Assembly (NCBI GenBank): GCA_042408215.1
Contig: JAYFMW010000020.1
Coordinates: forward strand, 480,001 to 544,000
Direction: 5' to 3'
DNA from: Microcoleus sp.
Lineage (GTDB): Bacteria > Cyanobacteriota > Cyanobacteriia > Cyanobacteriales > Microcoleaceae
DNA: 64,000 nucleotides
In this document: piece by piece, positions 41,167 to 51,597 of the stretch
How the letters are laid out: every line of letters begins with the position of its first letter
Numbering within the stretch: position 1 is the first letter of the stretch
Translations under genes and position numbers: made by a program
Notes under the pieces: generated by a model
The model's database searches: none
Told to the model about the DNA's origin: nothing
The model's input: the letters and a program-made list of their open reading frames with translations, nothing else

Positions 41167-42228
41167 ATGACTACTCAAAACACCCTAGTTTCCCCCGTCA
41201 CCTGGCTCGAAGACCGAGTTCTACTAATTGACCAAAACCAACTCCCCCAAGAATATGAAGTGGTGGAAATTAGCCACTGCGACGACATGGCTGAGGCGAT
41301 TAAAACGATGATCGTTCGAGGTGCGCCGGCGATTGGGGTAGCAGCAGCTTATGGGATGTATTTGGGTGCGAGGGAAATCGAAACGGGCGATCGCGCCGAA
41401 TTTTTGACTAAACTAGAAAAAGTCGGCGATTTATTGCGATCGACCCGTCCCACTGCGGTAAACTTGTTTTGGGCAATATCCCGAATGCTCAAAACAGCCG
41501 ATCGCGCCATCGGTTCCGTCGAACACATCCAAAAAACTTTGCTAGAAATGGCAAAAACCATTCAAGCAGAAGACTTGCAAACCTGTAAAGATATCGGCGA
41601 CAAAGGTTTAGAAGTTCTCCCCGCGACACCGGAAAAATTAACATTACTAACTCACTGCAATGCCGGTGGTTTAGCAACTGCTGGCTACGGTACAGCTTTA
41701 GGCGTAGTTCGTTCCGCTTGGCGAGAAGGAAGACTCGCCAGACTTTTTGCAGACGAAACTCGTCCCCGTCTCCAAGGTGCAAAACTGACAACTTGGGAAT
41801 GCGTCCAAGAAGGAATTCCCGTAACATTAATTGCCGACAATATGGCCGCCCACTGCATGAAACAAGGCATGATTCACGCCGTAGTTGTCGGTGCAGACAG
41901 AATCGCTGCTAATGGCGATGCTGCTAACAAAATTGGCACTTACAGTTTAGCAATTATCGCCAAAGCTCACAAGGTCCCTTTCTTTGTCGCCGCGCCTCTT
42001 TCGACCATTGATTTTGAACTGACCGACGGGAGCAAAATCCCCATTGAAGAACGCGATTCCGTGGAAATGTATCAAGTGGGAACTACGCGCATTTGTCCTG
42101 TGGGAGTAGATTTTTATAATCCCGCTTTTGACGTAACTCCGGCTGAATTAATCTCAGGAATTATTACAGAATACGGGACCGTTGCTCCTGGGGAATTGAA
42201 ACAGTTTCAGTCAAAACAATTCATTTAA
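41167..42228 (+). CDS. mtnA: S-methyl-5-thioribose-1-phosphate isomerase
   Basis: [37 protein letters not shown]. Confidence 0.97.
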   Translation: MTTQNTLVSPVTWLEDRVLLIDQNQLPQEYEVVEISHCDDMAEAIKTMIVRGAPAIGVAAAYGMYLGAREIETGDRAEFLTKLEKVGDLLRSTRPTAVNLFWAISRMLKTADRAIGSVEHIQKTLLEMAKTIQAEDLQTCKDIGDKGLEVLPATPEKLTLLTHCNAGGLATAGYGTALGVVRSAWREGRLARLFADETRPRLQGAKLTTWECVQEGIPVTLIADNMAAHCMKQGMIHAVVVGADRIAANGDAANKIGTYSLAIIAKAHKVPFFVAAPLSTIDFELTDGSKIPIEERDSVEMYQVGTTRICPVGVDFYNPAFDVTPAELISGIITEYGTVAPGELKQFQSKQFI

Positions 42229-42232
42229 TTAT

Positions 42233-43138
42233 ATGTTACTCAACCGCTTAATTCAACAGTTTTCTTCGATAACTTTCAGATTTTCTAATTCCCAAATTTG
42301 GCTGGTTGGAGTTGTTTTGACAATTCTGATTATGCTAATTTTGTTCGTTAAAGTTGCTGAAGCTCAATTGTCACAAACGGTTCAAGCTGAGGAATTAGCA
42401 GCCAGACAATATGTTAGCTGGATGAATAGAACTCAGCAAGCTTACTATGCTGAAAATGCCGAATTCACAAATTCTGTTGCCAATTTAGGTCTTGGCATAA
42501 AATCTGAAACTGCGAATTACAAATACTCAAGTAGTACAGAAAATAAAGCTGTATTTAATTATGGAGTTTCGCAGAACGCTAATTTTAAAAGTTTTGTGGG
42601 AGGAGTTTTTTTAATAGAAAATACCACCCAAAAAATCTTGTGTCAAGCTAACACTGCTAGCACGGCTAAGCCAGCCAATCCTACTAATAATAATGGTACT
42701 TTAGCCTGCGGTGCTAATACGATGGAAGTTTCTCAATTGTCACCAACGGTTAAAGCCTCTGAATCAGATGAAACAGAAGGAAAACAATATGTTGGCTCAA
42801 TGAATAAAGCTCAGCAAGCTTACTATGCTGAGAATGGTGAATTTACAAATTCCGTTCCCAATTTAGGTCTTGGTATTAGATCTGAAACTGCGAATTACAA
42901 ATACTCAATTAGTACGGAAAACCAAGCTGTATTTAACTACGGACTATCGAAGCAAGGTAAGCTCAAAAGTTTTGTCGGAGGAGTTTTTTTAATAGGAGAC
43001 GCTACCACAGAAATCACAACAGTCAGAATCCTGTGTCAAACTAAAACTAATGGTGCTAGTACGACTAAACCGACTAATCCTACTAATAAAAATGGGGTTT
43101 TAGCTTGCGGTGCTAATACGCTAGAAGTTGCTCGATAA
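42233..43138 (+). CDS. Type IV pilin-like G/H family protein with two tandem pilin domains
   Basis: Duplicated QYVxxMNxxQQAYYAENxEFTNSVxNLGLGIxSETANYKYS...LCQ...LACG. Confidence 0.8.
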   Translation: MLLNRLIQQFSSITFRFSNSQIWLVGVVLTILIMLILFVKVAEAQLSQTVQAEELAARQYVSWMNRTQQAYYAENAEFTNSVANLGLGIKSETANYKYSSSTENKAVFNYGVSQNANFKSFVGGVFLIENTTQKILCQANTASTAKPANPTNNNGTLACGANTMEVSQLSPTVKASESDETEGKQYVGSMNKAQQAYYAENGEFTNSVPNLGLGIRSETANYKYSISTENQAVFNYGLSKQGKLKSFVGGVFLIGDATTEITTVRILCQTKTNGASTTKPTNPTNKNGVLACGANTLEVAR

Positions 43139-43464
43139 ATCCTGTCTGATTTTTCAGCACATTCTTAGGGTGCGTCCATTGGTGACAACTTAACGTCAAA
43201 CCTTAAGTCTTTCTTGTTTGTATCGAAGCCTAGACCTCCCTAACCCCCAAAACATCGGGGGGACAAGATTCTTCTCAAAGTCAACCCCTACTCATACCCT
43301 ACTCCCTTATTAATGGGGATTTAGGCGGTATCGAGACTCAACTAAAAGCGACATTTCTTATAGGTTCCAGTCTTAAGTTGTCACTAATAGGGTGCGTCAG
43401 AGAAAAAAAATTGCTGAAATCGAAATAATCAATGTCTGACGCACCCTACAAGTCTCGATAAATC

Positions 43465-44283
43465 ATGTTTAATTTCTTCGACTACTGGATAGTAAATGCA
43501 GATTTAGCTAAGCAATTTCTGGAACAAGTAGCTATTTTGCTAGATGCTCGCGCACCTATTTTTAAGTGGTTTTGTCCCTGGGAGAAAGCTGTTTCTGTAA
43601 CTTGGCAGGATTTTTCTATATCGCACTTTTCCCACAAGGGAAAACTCATCGAAAATGACACAGTTTTAACAGCCAAACTCCGAGCAATTGATATTTGTCA
43701 AGACCCACCTGTCATAGTCGTTGCTGATGCTGTTAAAGGGTGGGGAGAAGATGGGCGAATTGTCTGGATGTTGCGGACTTTGGGACAGGAAAAATCTGTT
43801 TTTGTAGATGGAGGATATGGAGCTTTAATCAAAGCTGGATATCCTCAAGTAAAAGCTGCAAACAATCCACCGCAAACCGGAGATTTTTTCATATATAGTC
43901 GCCGGAATTGGGAAGTTCAGCGGGATGAATTGAAAGGGATTTTAGGAGATGATAATTTAGTAATTATCGACGCTAGAACACCGCGAGAATATGCGGTAAA
44001 AACTCCTTATGGAGAAAAGCGTGGCGGTCATATTCCCGGTGCTGTTCACATCTACTACAAGCAGTTAATGGACAAACAAGGACAACTGCTTTGTCGCGAC
44101 GAAATTGTCGCTATTTTACAGCATAAAGGAGTTTCGCTGTCAAGTCAAATTTTGAGTTCTTGTACTGGGGGAATTCGCTCTGCATGGTTGATTTCAGTCT
44201 TGACAAATTTTGGATTTTATGCTAAGAATTATGCAGGTTCGATGTGGGAATGGTCGGCTTCGCCGGCAGATAGCTATCCTTGA
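43465..44283 (+). CDS. Rhodanese-like sulfurtransferase
   Basis: GRIVWMLRTLG, IIDART, GHIPGA, CTGGIRS, YAGSMWEWS. Confidence 0.85.
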   Translation: MFNFFDYWIVNADLAKQFLEQVAILLDARAPIFKWFCPWEKAVSVTWQDFSISHFSHKGKLIENDTVLTAKLRAIDICQDPPVIVVADAVKGWGEDGRIVWMLRTLGQEKSVFVDGGYGALIKAGYPQVKAANNPPQTGDFFIYSRRNWEVQRDELKGILGDDNLVIIDARTPREYAVKTPYGEKRGGHIPGAVHIYYKQLMDKQGQLLCRDEIVAILQHKGVSLSSQILSSCTGGIRSAWLISVLTNFGFYAKNYAGSMWEWSASPADSYP

Positions 44284-44406
44284 GAAAAAATAAAAATAGG
44301 ACTTACGAAGAACATCTAAATGTAGTAGGGTGCGCAGTGCGCACCTTACCAGATCGAACAAAGTTCAATCCAACCTATTAACTACAAACAATCAAGGTTG
44401 AGTATT

Positions 44407-44760
44407 TCAACCGACTTGTTCTAGATACTGAGCCAAATCATCTCGCAGGCGGCTGAGTTCGGCTTCGGTGGTCACGCGCACCCGATCGTCCCGCACAGTA
44501 ATCAGCACTTTCGCAGCAAAGGGAGTCGGCCAGATATTCGGGTTGCAGAAGACTTCAAAAAATACCTCTCCTGCATAGCGGTATTCCATCGGTTTCTGGG
44601 GAGAGGCTTTGCCGCCAGCAGTTTTGGCCGCTACTGCTTTGAGACTTTCCATCAAAAGACCGATCGCACTTTGCAAATCCCGCGCAGCTTGGGGGGAAAA
44701 GCTAAAGGAGACAGAACCTTCGACTAAATTCAGCGTAAATTGAGCAACAGACATAAGCAA
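44407..44760 (-). CDS. Conserved cyanobacterial hypothetical protein
   Basis: Clean ORF with EVFCNPNIWPTPFAAKVL; function not recognised. Confidence 0.65.
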   Translation of the reverse strand: MLMSVAQFTLNLVEGSVSFSFSPQAARDLQSAIGLLMESLKAVAAKTAGGKASPQKPMEYRYAGEVFFEVFCNPNIWPTPFAAKVLITVRDDRVRVTTEAELSRLRDDLAQYLEQVG

Positions 44761-44967
44761 TCAAATTTAACAGACGTTAATGCTAAAAGATACAATAACT
44801 CAAAGGAAGTACATTACAACTAAATTGGGCTGCAAGAATCAAATTAATTATAAATAATCTCAAGAAGCTAGGCAAAATTAATGAAGATTAATCTAGCCGT
44901 AAGCTAGAGTCCGCAAGACTTTTAACCTTTTATTACTCGATCGGCTTTAAACTAGAAACTAGAAAAT

Positions 44968-45912
44968 TTGATGTCCGATTCAGGAGATTCTATGGTGGCT
45001 GATAACCGTTCCGAAATCCGCAAGGTCTTAATCATTACCTTATTGCTAAATTTGCTGGTGATGGTAATTAAAGCAGTCGTGGGTTGGCTGACAGGTTCTC
45101 TTAGTTTGTTAGCAGATGCCTTGCACAGTGTCACGGACAGCGCTAATAATATTTTAGGATTGGTTACTAATCATTATGCCAATCCGCAGCCCGATCGCGA
45201 TCATCCCTATGGACATCATAAATTTGACGCGATCGGAGCTCTGGGAATTGCTGTTTTTTTGGGAATTGCCTGTTTTGAAATTCTCAGCGGCGCTGTTGAA
45301 AGGTTGCTCAAAGGTGGCACAGTTGTCAAAATATCCGCAAATGAACTATGGATTTTGCTGATTGTACTGGGGATCAATATTTTTGTCACTTTTTACGAGC
45401 GCAGGGCTGGGAAACGCCTTGGTAGCGCTATTTTGGTGGCTGACGCTCAACACACGATGAGCGATGTTTGGGTGACAATTATGGTAATTGCTGGGTTGAT
45501 TGGTGTTTGGCAAGGGGAGGTTTGGAATATACCTCAACTGCAATCCCTGGATGTGTTTTTGTCTTTTCCTGTAGCTGTTTTGGTGTTTCACAGCGGTTGG
45601 AAGGTTTTAACGGAAAATCTGCCTTGGTTGGTGGATGAAATGGCGATCGCACCGGAGATTATTCACGCGATCGCGATCGATGTACCGGGGGTTGTCAACT
45701 GTCACTCGATCGCCTCTCGTGGCGTTGTCGGGCGTCAGGTGTTTATTGATATGCACCTGATTGTCGATGCGGCTGATGTAGAAACGGCTCACCGGATTAC
45801 AGAAGAAGTGGAAGCCCGCTTGGAAGAACGTTTCAGCCCTGTACGAATCTTAATTCACGTTGAGCCTCCCGCCTACCAGAGCGATCTAATTAGCTATGAT
45901 GCTGAAAAATGA
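44968..45912 (+). CDS. Cation diffusion facilitator family transporter (FieF-like)
   Basis: ADALHSVTD, HPYGH, HTMSD, IHVEP. Confidence 0.92.
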   Translation: MMSDSGDSMVADNRSEIRKVLIITLLLNLLVMVIKAVVGWLTGSLSLLADALHSVTDSANNILGLVTNHYANPQPDRDHPYGHHKFDAIGALGIAVFLGIACFEILSGAVERLLKGGTVVKISANELWILLIVLGINIFVTFYERRAGKRLGSAILVADAQHTMSDVWVTIMVIAGLIGVWQGEVWNIPQLQSLDVFLSFPVAVLVFHSGWKVLTENLPWLVDEMAIAPEIIHAIAIDVPGVVNCHSIASRGVVGRQVFIDMHLIVDAADVETAHRITEEVEARLEERFSPVRILIHVEPPAYQSDLISYDAEK

Positions 45913-46222
45913 AGGAAGAAGGAAGTTCGGCAACGGATTCTGTAACGGATGTAACGGATGTAACGAATAGAATGAAAAAGGAAGATCGGAAGATGGAAGA
46001 TGGAAAAATGTGAGCTAAACAGCAGCTTGAAGGAAGAATCGGGAAAGTATTTTTACTTACCGCTCCTCGAAATCTTTAAATGGTATGAATGGTGTTGAGA
46101 TGTTATTTAAAGAAACTCGCACCTAATTCAGTTGTACTTTTCCACAGGAAAATGTGAGTTTTCCACAGAAATTGCCAAGTTTTCCACAATAGATCGATCG
46201 GCTGTCGTCGATTTCTGTCTTT

Positions 46223-46678
46223 CTATTTGTATAAATTCCAAGTATTTTGGATTTCTCTGGCCATTTCCCGCCGCCAGTGCCAAGGTAGTAGAATTTCTAC
46301 TTTTGAACCGAGAGCTCGCAACCACCTCAATGGGTAGTAGTCTGTATTTCGATAATACAGTTGGTAGTAGGCATCGGTGGTTGGGTGTGACTGGAGAATT
46401 TCTAAAAGAGCTGATCGCTCTTCTGGATTGGGGGTGTATTGTGTGATTAATCTGGCGGCGCGATCGTACTCTATGGCGGTAAAAGTATTGTGGATGCTGA
46501 TTCCGAGCAGGTAGGATTGAGCAAAAGTGCGATCGAACCGCAGTACCATCAGTGCTGCTTCCTTATAAAAATCACAGCCCCAAGCTTCTTTTAACTTGTG
46601 TTTTAGTTTACAAAGTTTCTCACCTTTACGGTGCTGTTGGAGTTTTCGATCCGAAATTGGGAAAATATGTAATTGCAA
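46223..46678 (-). pseudogene. C-terminal part of a CRISPR-associated WYL-type regulator (TIGR03985-like)
   Basis: AWGCDFY...LRFDRTF...RWLRALGSKVEILLP; only 151 aa, TTG start, no HTH, divergent from cas10. Confidence 0.65.
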
Positions 46679-46754
46679 TTACTCACAATCCAGAGTATAA
46701 TTTGGGTGACTTAGTTGATTGATGGTTTGCTAGGTAATAGAGGAAGTTTCAGAT

Positions 46755-49079
46755 ATGACATCACAAGCAGTTGCTCTCCAAGTTATTCAGCAAGCTATCT
46801 GCGCTTTAGCCGATTGGGCTAATAACGCGAAATTACCCGATGGATGTCAGTTTTCAACAGAACATCCAGCCGTGACTAAAGCGAAAGAATTATTGTCATG
46901 GCACAATCCGAACATAAGTTACTTGGCGTTGTTATTTGATGCTGTCAAATTGTCAGAGGGTAACGAACGAAATCAGCCCCACTATTGTCCGGCGAACGCG
47001 ATCGAAGCTAAGGATGATTGTTATCCGTCTATTCCTTATCCATTGACAGAACCTCCAGATTTAGAAGAGTATAAAAAAAATGTCAAACAAGAGTTAGAAA
47101 ATCTTCGGAAACAAGACTGGGAAAACTTATCACTGCTAACTCTGATTTTAGAGAAGTATGGTTCTTGTCTCAGCTTTTGCGAGCGGGATATTGCTTTGAT
47201 AGATATGGCGCGATCGACTGCTGCGGTAGCATCTGCTTTGGTTTACAATCCTGATGCAAACGAGATCGGTTTAATTGCCGGCGATTTATCGGGAATTCAA
47301 AAGTTTATTTACACCATTGCTTCTGACGGTGCGCTGAAATCTCTCCGCGCTAGAAGTTTTTATCTGGAATTAGTCACAGAAGAAATTGTTCAGCAGCTTT
47401 TAGAAGAGTTAAAGTTACCTCGTACTAATGTTATTTATGCGGGTGGCGGTAACTTATATTTGTTAGCCGCTGCTACTCAAGACACAAAACTTGTTTTAAA
47501 CAAAGTTCAGAGAGAATTCAACAAATGGTTACTAGGAAACTTTCAGGGCAAAGTCTTTTTGGCTCTAGACTACACTACATTTCCAGTTAAAGATGTCAAT
47601 CAAAGAGAATTTGCTAATCACTGGTCAACAGTTACGAAAAAAATTACTCCCCAGAAATCTCGGAAGTTTGCTGAGGAGATAAACTATTTTACCCGCCGGC
47701 TTCGTAGCTATGACAAGTGCCAAGTTTGTCATCGAGATGATGTGAAGAGTTTGGAAAATTTAAATACAGATCAACCTGATTCGGTACAGGCTTGTTCAAC
47801 TTGTCGCCGGATGTTTCGCTTGGGTGGTAAACTATTTAAAGTTGAGGCTATTGTGCGACAGAAAAAAAGGCATCCACCTCAACAAAAAGTCTCAAATGCT
47901 TTTAGGATTTCATTTCCTAAAGCTTACTATTACCTTCTAGCTGAGCGGGGACAGATAGATGAAGTTAAGGGGGAGAAAAATGTTTTTTTTATCAACAATT
48001 GGAATCTCCAAAAATATCGAGATGCTGAAACTAAAAATATAGTTCCGTTACTTTTAGGAAATTATGGTCAGCGCAGCCAAGAAGAATCGGGTTTCATCCG
48101 AGCAGGTGAAATGGCAGAGAAAGCCAAGGAAGTAGGAGCGATTCCTAGAGTTGGTTACTTGCGGATGGATGTAGACAGACTGGGTAAAATTTTTGCTAAG
48201 GGTTTGGGTGAAAATCAAACCTTGCCGAGATTGGCTGGACTTTCTCGCCAAATGAGTTACTTCTTTAAAGTTTATCTCAACAGTTTGGCAAAAAACCGTC
48301 TAGCTAATCTCGCCGATAGTGCTATTGTTTTAAACAACGAGGTACGACAGAATTTATTATTTATTTATGCAGGAGGTGACGATTTATTTGTCAGCGGTGC
48401 TTGGAATGAAATTGTTGATTTTGCTTTTGATGTTTATCAAAGTTTTCGCGCTTATACAGGCAATAACCCAGATATTACTTTGTCGGGTGGCATTAGTATC
48501 GAAAAAGCAAAGTTTCCACTATATCAAGCTGCCAAGTTAGCAGAGAAAGCTGAGGAGGATGCTAAAGATAATGGTCGCGACAGTTTCGGATTATTTGATG
48601 ACAAAGTGTTCAAGTGGAGCCAGTGGTTAGGAGCAAGAGATATTAAACTAGCAGATATCGAAGAGATTGACTCTAAAACTCAAGAATATTTGGGGACAGA
48701 GGGAACGCTGAGTTTATTTGGTGTCTGGCCTTTTGTCGAAAAGTTCCTAGAGCAATTGGAGGAAAGTTCCTCTCGCAGTTTTGTACGGAATCTTTTACTA
48801 ACATCTCAAATGCAAGAGCAAATGATTGAGGAGATACAAACTAAAAGGAGAAAAGTTGATTATGAAAATGAGGAGCAAGATATTCAATATTATTTGCACC
48901 TACCTCAAATAGCTTACACCATAGCGCGATTGCCTGAAGAGGTTCGGAAAAGTGATGAATTTAAACCTGTACGAAAATCTCTGATGAGTCCGTACAATGC
49001 ACCTTATTTCGGAGCGATCGCAACTTGGATTGAACTACTCAACCGCGCTAAAAACGATAACGATGACAAATCTACCTAA
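46755..49079 (+). CDS. cas10: Type III-A Cas10/Csm1
   Basis: GDLSGIQKFIY, LRARSF, Zn finger CQVC...CSTC, MDVDRLG, YAGGDD. Confidence 0.95.
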   Translation: MTSQAVALQVIQQAICALADWANNAKLPDGCQFSTEHPAVTKAKELLSWHNPNISYLALLFDAVKLSEGNERNQPHYCPANAIEAKDDCYPSIPYPLTEPPDLEEYKKNVKQELENLRKQDWENLSLLTLILEKYGSCLSFCERDIALIDMARSTAAVASALVYNPDANEIGLIAGDLSGIQKFIYTIASDGALKSLRARSFYLELVTEEIVQQLLEELKLPRTNVIYAGGGNLYLLAAATQDTKLVLNKVQREFNKWLLGNFQGKVFLALDYTTFPVKDVNQREFANHWSTVTKKITPQKSRKFAEEINYFTRRLRSYDKCQVCHRDDVKSLENLNTDQPDSVQACSTCRRMFRLGGKLFKVEAIVRQKKRHPPQQKVSNAFRISFPKAYYYLLAERGQIDEVKGEKNVFFINNWNLQKYRDAETKNIVPLLLGNYGQRSQEESGFIRAGEMAEKAKEVGAIPRVGYLRMDVDRLGKIFAKGLGENQTLPRLAGLSRQMSYFFKVYLNSLAKNRLANLADSAIVLNNEVRQNLLFIYAGGDDLFVSGAWNEIVDFAFDVYQSFRAYTGNNPDITLSGGISIEKAKFPLYQAAKLAEKAEEDAKDNGRDSFGLFDDKVFKWSQWLGARDIKLADIEEIDSKTQEYLGTEGTLSLFGVWPFVEKFLEQLEESSSRSFVRNLLLTSQMQEQMIEEIQTKRRKVDYENEEQDIQYYLHLPQIAYTIARLPEEVRKSDEFKPVRKSLMSPYNAPYFGAIATWIELLNRAKNDNDDKST

Positions 49080-49530
49080 TAAAATTATCAAAAGTCAAAT
49101 GAGTTTGACAGCAGACCAACAAATGATCCAAACTATCCGCAGTTTAAAGGATGGGCTTTTGCGAAATTACGAAATTCGCCAATTGGTTAAGGAGGCAGAG
49201 TTACTAGGTACATATCTCAAGGAGCAAGGATTAAAAACCAACCAAATTCGCAAGTTTTTGGAGGCTGTTAAACGTCTGAAAGTCAAACTTGCTCAAGATA
49301 AAGAAGAGAGTTTTTCTGTCATTGAGGATGAGCTGTTTTTACTAAAACCAAAGTTAGCTTATGCTGCGGTTCGGCAACAAGATCGTGGCAGCAATCCTGT
49401 TAAGCCGCTGAGTGACGTGATTTCAGAAGCGATCGACAAAGTTGAAGACTCACCAGATTTCTATCGCCTGGTTCAATTAATTGAATCTATCATTGCTTAC
49501 CATAAAGCTGCCGGAGGAAAAGATAATTAA
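49063..49530 (+). CDS. csm2: Csm2 small subunit (start taken at the ATG overlapping the cas10 end)
   Basis: TNQIRKF, LKPKLAYA, ESIIAYHK. Confidence 0.92.
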   Translation: MTNLPNKIIKSQMSLTADQQMIQTIRSLKDGLLRNYEIRQLVKEAELLGTYLKEQGLKTNQIRKFLEAVKRLKVKLAQDKEESFSVIEDELFLLKPKLAYAAVRQQDRGSNPVKPLSDVISEAIDKVEDSPDFYRLVQLIESIIAYHKAAGGKDN

Positions 49531-49532
49531 TC

Positions 49533-50528
49533 ATGCTACAACACAAACAACTACTTGGTAAATTTCGACTGGAAAGCACCTTGCTATTAGAGACAGGAAT
49601 GCACATTGGTGGTGGTGGAGAAAAACTCGACATTGGCGGTCTAGATAAAGCCGTTGTCCGTGACCCTATTACCCAGTTTCCATACCTTCCCGGTTCTTCA
49701 ATTAAAGGCAAATTGCGCTCTATTTTGGAGCGGTTTCACAATAAACCTTTGAATCGAGCTGGAGGGAGCGGTACTTATCGTTATGAAAGCGACGATCTGG
49801 TGGATGGATACAGTGAAATTAACGGAATGCAGATTTGTTATCAAGGTGCGCTGACTTGTCCTATTAGTCGGTTGTTTGGCTCTACTGGCGGCTCTAATTT
49901 TTGGGTTGAAACTTCACAGGCACAAGAAGCGGAAGGTTTGGAGCGAGTAAAAAGCAAGGATATTTTTGTTACTCGCACTATAAATGGTGTGGAACATAGC
50001 CAGGTGAAAAAAGGTCGCAATTCTCCGGCACGGTTAATTGTACGCGATTGTCATCTCATTCCTGAATCTGCTGAGCAACTTAAGCGGGTAGACACCGGAC
50101 TTTACATGACTGAGTGGAAATTTGAGAACGGTATCGATCGCATAACGGCTGCTGCTAATCCCCGCCAAGTTGAACGAGTTCCGAGAGGTGCAAAATTCAA
50201 GTTTGAGTTAGTTTATACTGTCGAAGCTGATGGCGATCGCGCAGATGTCACTCAAGCTGTAGAGGATTTGCAGAATATCGCGATCGGGCTTTCCCTCCTC
50301 GAAGATGATGCTTTGGGTGGACATGGATCGCGGGGTTACGGCCAAGTCCGGTTTGAAAAATTCAAGTGTTTCTGGCGCGACTTGGAGCAATATCGACAGA
50401 TAACAGAAGATGGTGTTGACTTTCGAGCTCCCATCCTTGAAGCAGATGATACATCAGCACTCCTCAAAAACTTTGGCACGTTGAGTCGCAGCATTCAACA
50501 AAAGAATTTGACAGGAGAAACAAAATGA
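49533..50528 (+). CDS. csm3: Csm3 RAMP (Cas7 group)
   Basis: TGMHIGGG, IGGLD, PGSSIKGKLRS, KFENGIDR, LGGHGSRGYG. Confidence 0.95.
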   Translation: MLQHKQLLGKFRLESTLLLETGMHIGGGGEKLDIGGLDKAVVRDPITQFPYLPGSSIKGKLRSILERFHNKPLNRAGGSGTYRYESDDLVDGYSEINGMQICYQGALTCPISRLFGSTGGSNFWVETSQAQEAEGLERVKSKDIFVTRTINGVEHSQVKKGRNSPARLIVRDCHLIPESAEQLKRVDTGLYMTEWKFENGIDRITAAANPRQVERVPRGAKFKFELVYTVEADGDRADVTQAVEDLQNIAIGLSLLEDDALGGHGSRGYGQVRFEKFKCFWRDLEQYRQITEDGVDFRAPILEADDTSALLKNFGTLSRSIQQKNLTGETK

Positions 50529-51592
50529 GCATCTGGAAACTTGTGCGACTGCAATTTTTAGGGACTGCACACTTCGGAGAATCAGGTATTGGGATTGAGG
50601 AAACTAGCGAACGAGTGCGATCGGATACGCTATTTAGTGCGTTGATTACGGTGTATGCTAGGATGTTTGGAACTCAGGCAGTTGCCGAATTGTTGCAACT
50701 ATTTTGCGTGAGGGAAAACCAGCCACCATTTTGCATCAGTTCTACTTTTATATATCAGCAAATAGGAGATAACATCACGTACTATTTGCCTAAACCGCTC
50801 CGATTTCCCTGCAATTACCCCGATGACGATTTGATTTTTTTTAAGACTTACAAGAAGAAACTCAATTACTTGCCTTTGGAAATTTGGCAGCGCTGGTATC
50901 AGGGCGAGGGGTTTGCAGATAGCGACGAACTCGGTACTTATACTAATGAGGGCAAAAGTCAGGGCAACTTAAATCAAGCGAGAGCATTTGCTTACGGAAC
51001 CTGTTACAAAAAGAGACCACTTCCCAAAGTGGCAATAGACAGAGTAACTAGAGGAACAAACTTTTATAACACAGGCATCGTACAATTTCAACAAGATAGC
51101 CAAAGCCATTCAGGCTTATATTTTCTCATCCACTTTCCCTCCGTCAATAAAACGTTGGAACATCAGCTAAAAGCTGTCTTGAAGTGGCTGGGAGATGAAG
51201 GTTTAGGTGGTGAACGTTCTAGCGGAACCGGACAGTTTAAAGCTAAGTGGGATTCTTTATCTCCGACTTGGCAACAAGTAGTAGATTTTAAGGACAACAG
51301 TTACTACACTCTTTTGAGTTTGTTTTGGACAAATGACGAACAAAAACTGAACGAGGCGATCGCAGATGAAAAGGCAAGTTATGAAATTATAGAAAGAGGC
51401 GGTTGGGTATCTTCTTCTCCTTCTGGGTATCAGTTGCGTCGCAAGTCAATTAGAATGTTTGCTGAAGGTTCGGTTTTTTCCTCCGAACCGATCGGCAAAC
51501 TAGCTGATGTCACTCCGTTAGGATTTACGAATCACCCAATTTATCGCAGCGGCATTAGTTTGAGTCTTCCTATCAAAGTCAAGAGTGAATAA
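50525..51592 (+). CDS. csm4: Csm4 RAMP (Cas5 group)
   Basis: HFG, SDTLFSA, GLGGERSSGTG, EGSVF. Confidence 0.93.
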   Translation: MSIWKLVRLQFLGTAHFGESGIGIEETSERVRSDTLFSALITVYARMFGTQAVAELLQLFCVRENQPPFCISSTFIYQQIGDNITYYLPKPLRFPCNYPDDDLIFFKTYKKKLNYLPLEIWQRWYQGEGFADSDELGTYTNEGKSQGNLNQARAFAYGTCYKKRPLPKVAIDRVTRGTNFYNTGIVQFQQDSQSHSGLYFLIHFPSVNKTLEHQLKAVLKWLGDEGLGGERSSGTGQFKAKWDSLSPTWQQVVDFKDNSYYTLLSLFWTNDEQKLNEAIADEKASYEIIERGGWVSSSPSGYQLRRKSIRMFAEGSVFSSEPIGKLADVTPLGFTNHPIYRSGISLSLPIKVKSE

Positions 51593-51597
51593 ATATC

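Noticed and set aside
48997..49062. Longer csm2 start given by the ORF track
   Set aside because: Would overlap cas10 by 83 bp; the ATG at 49063 (or 49099) is more plausible
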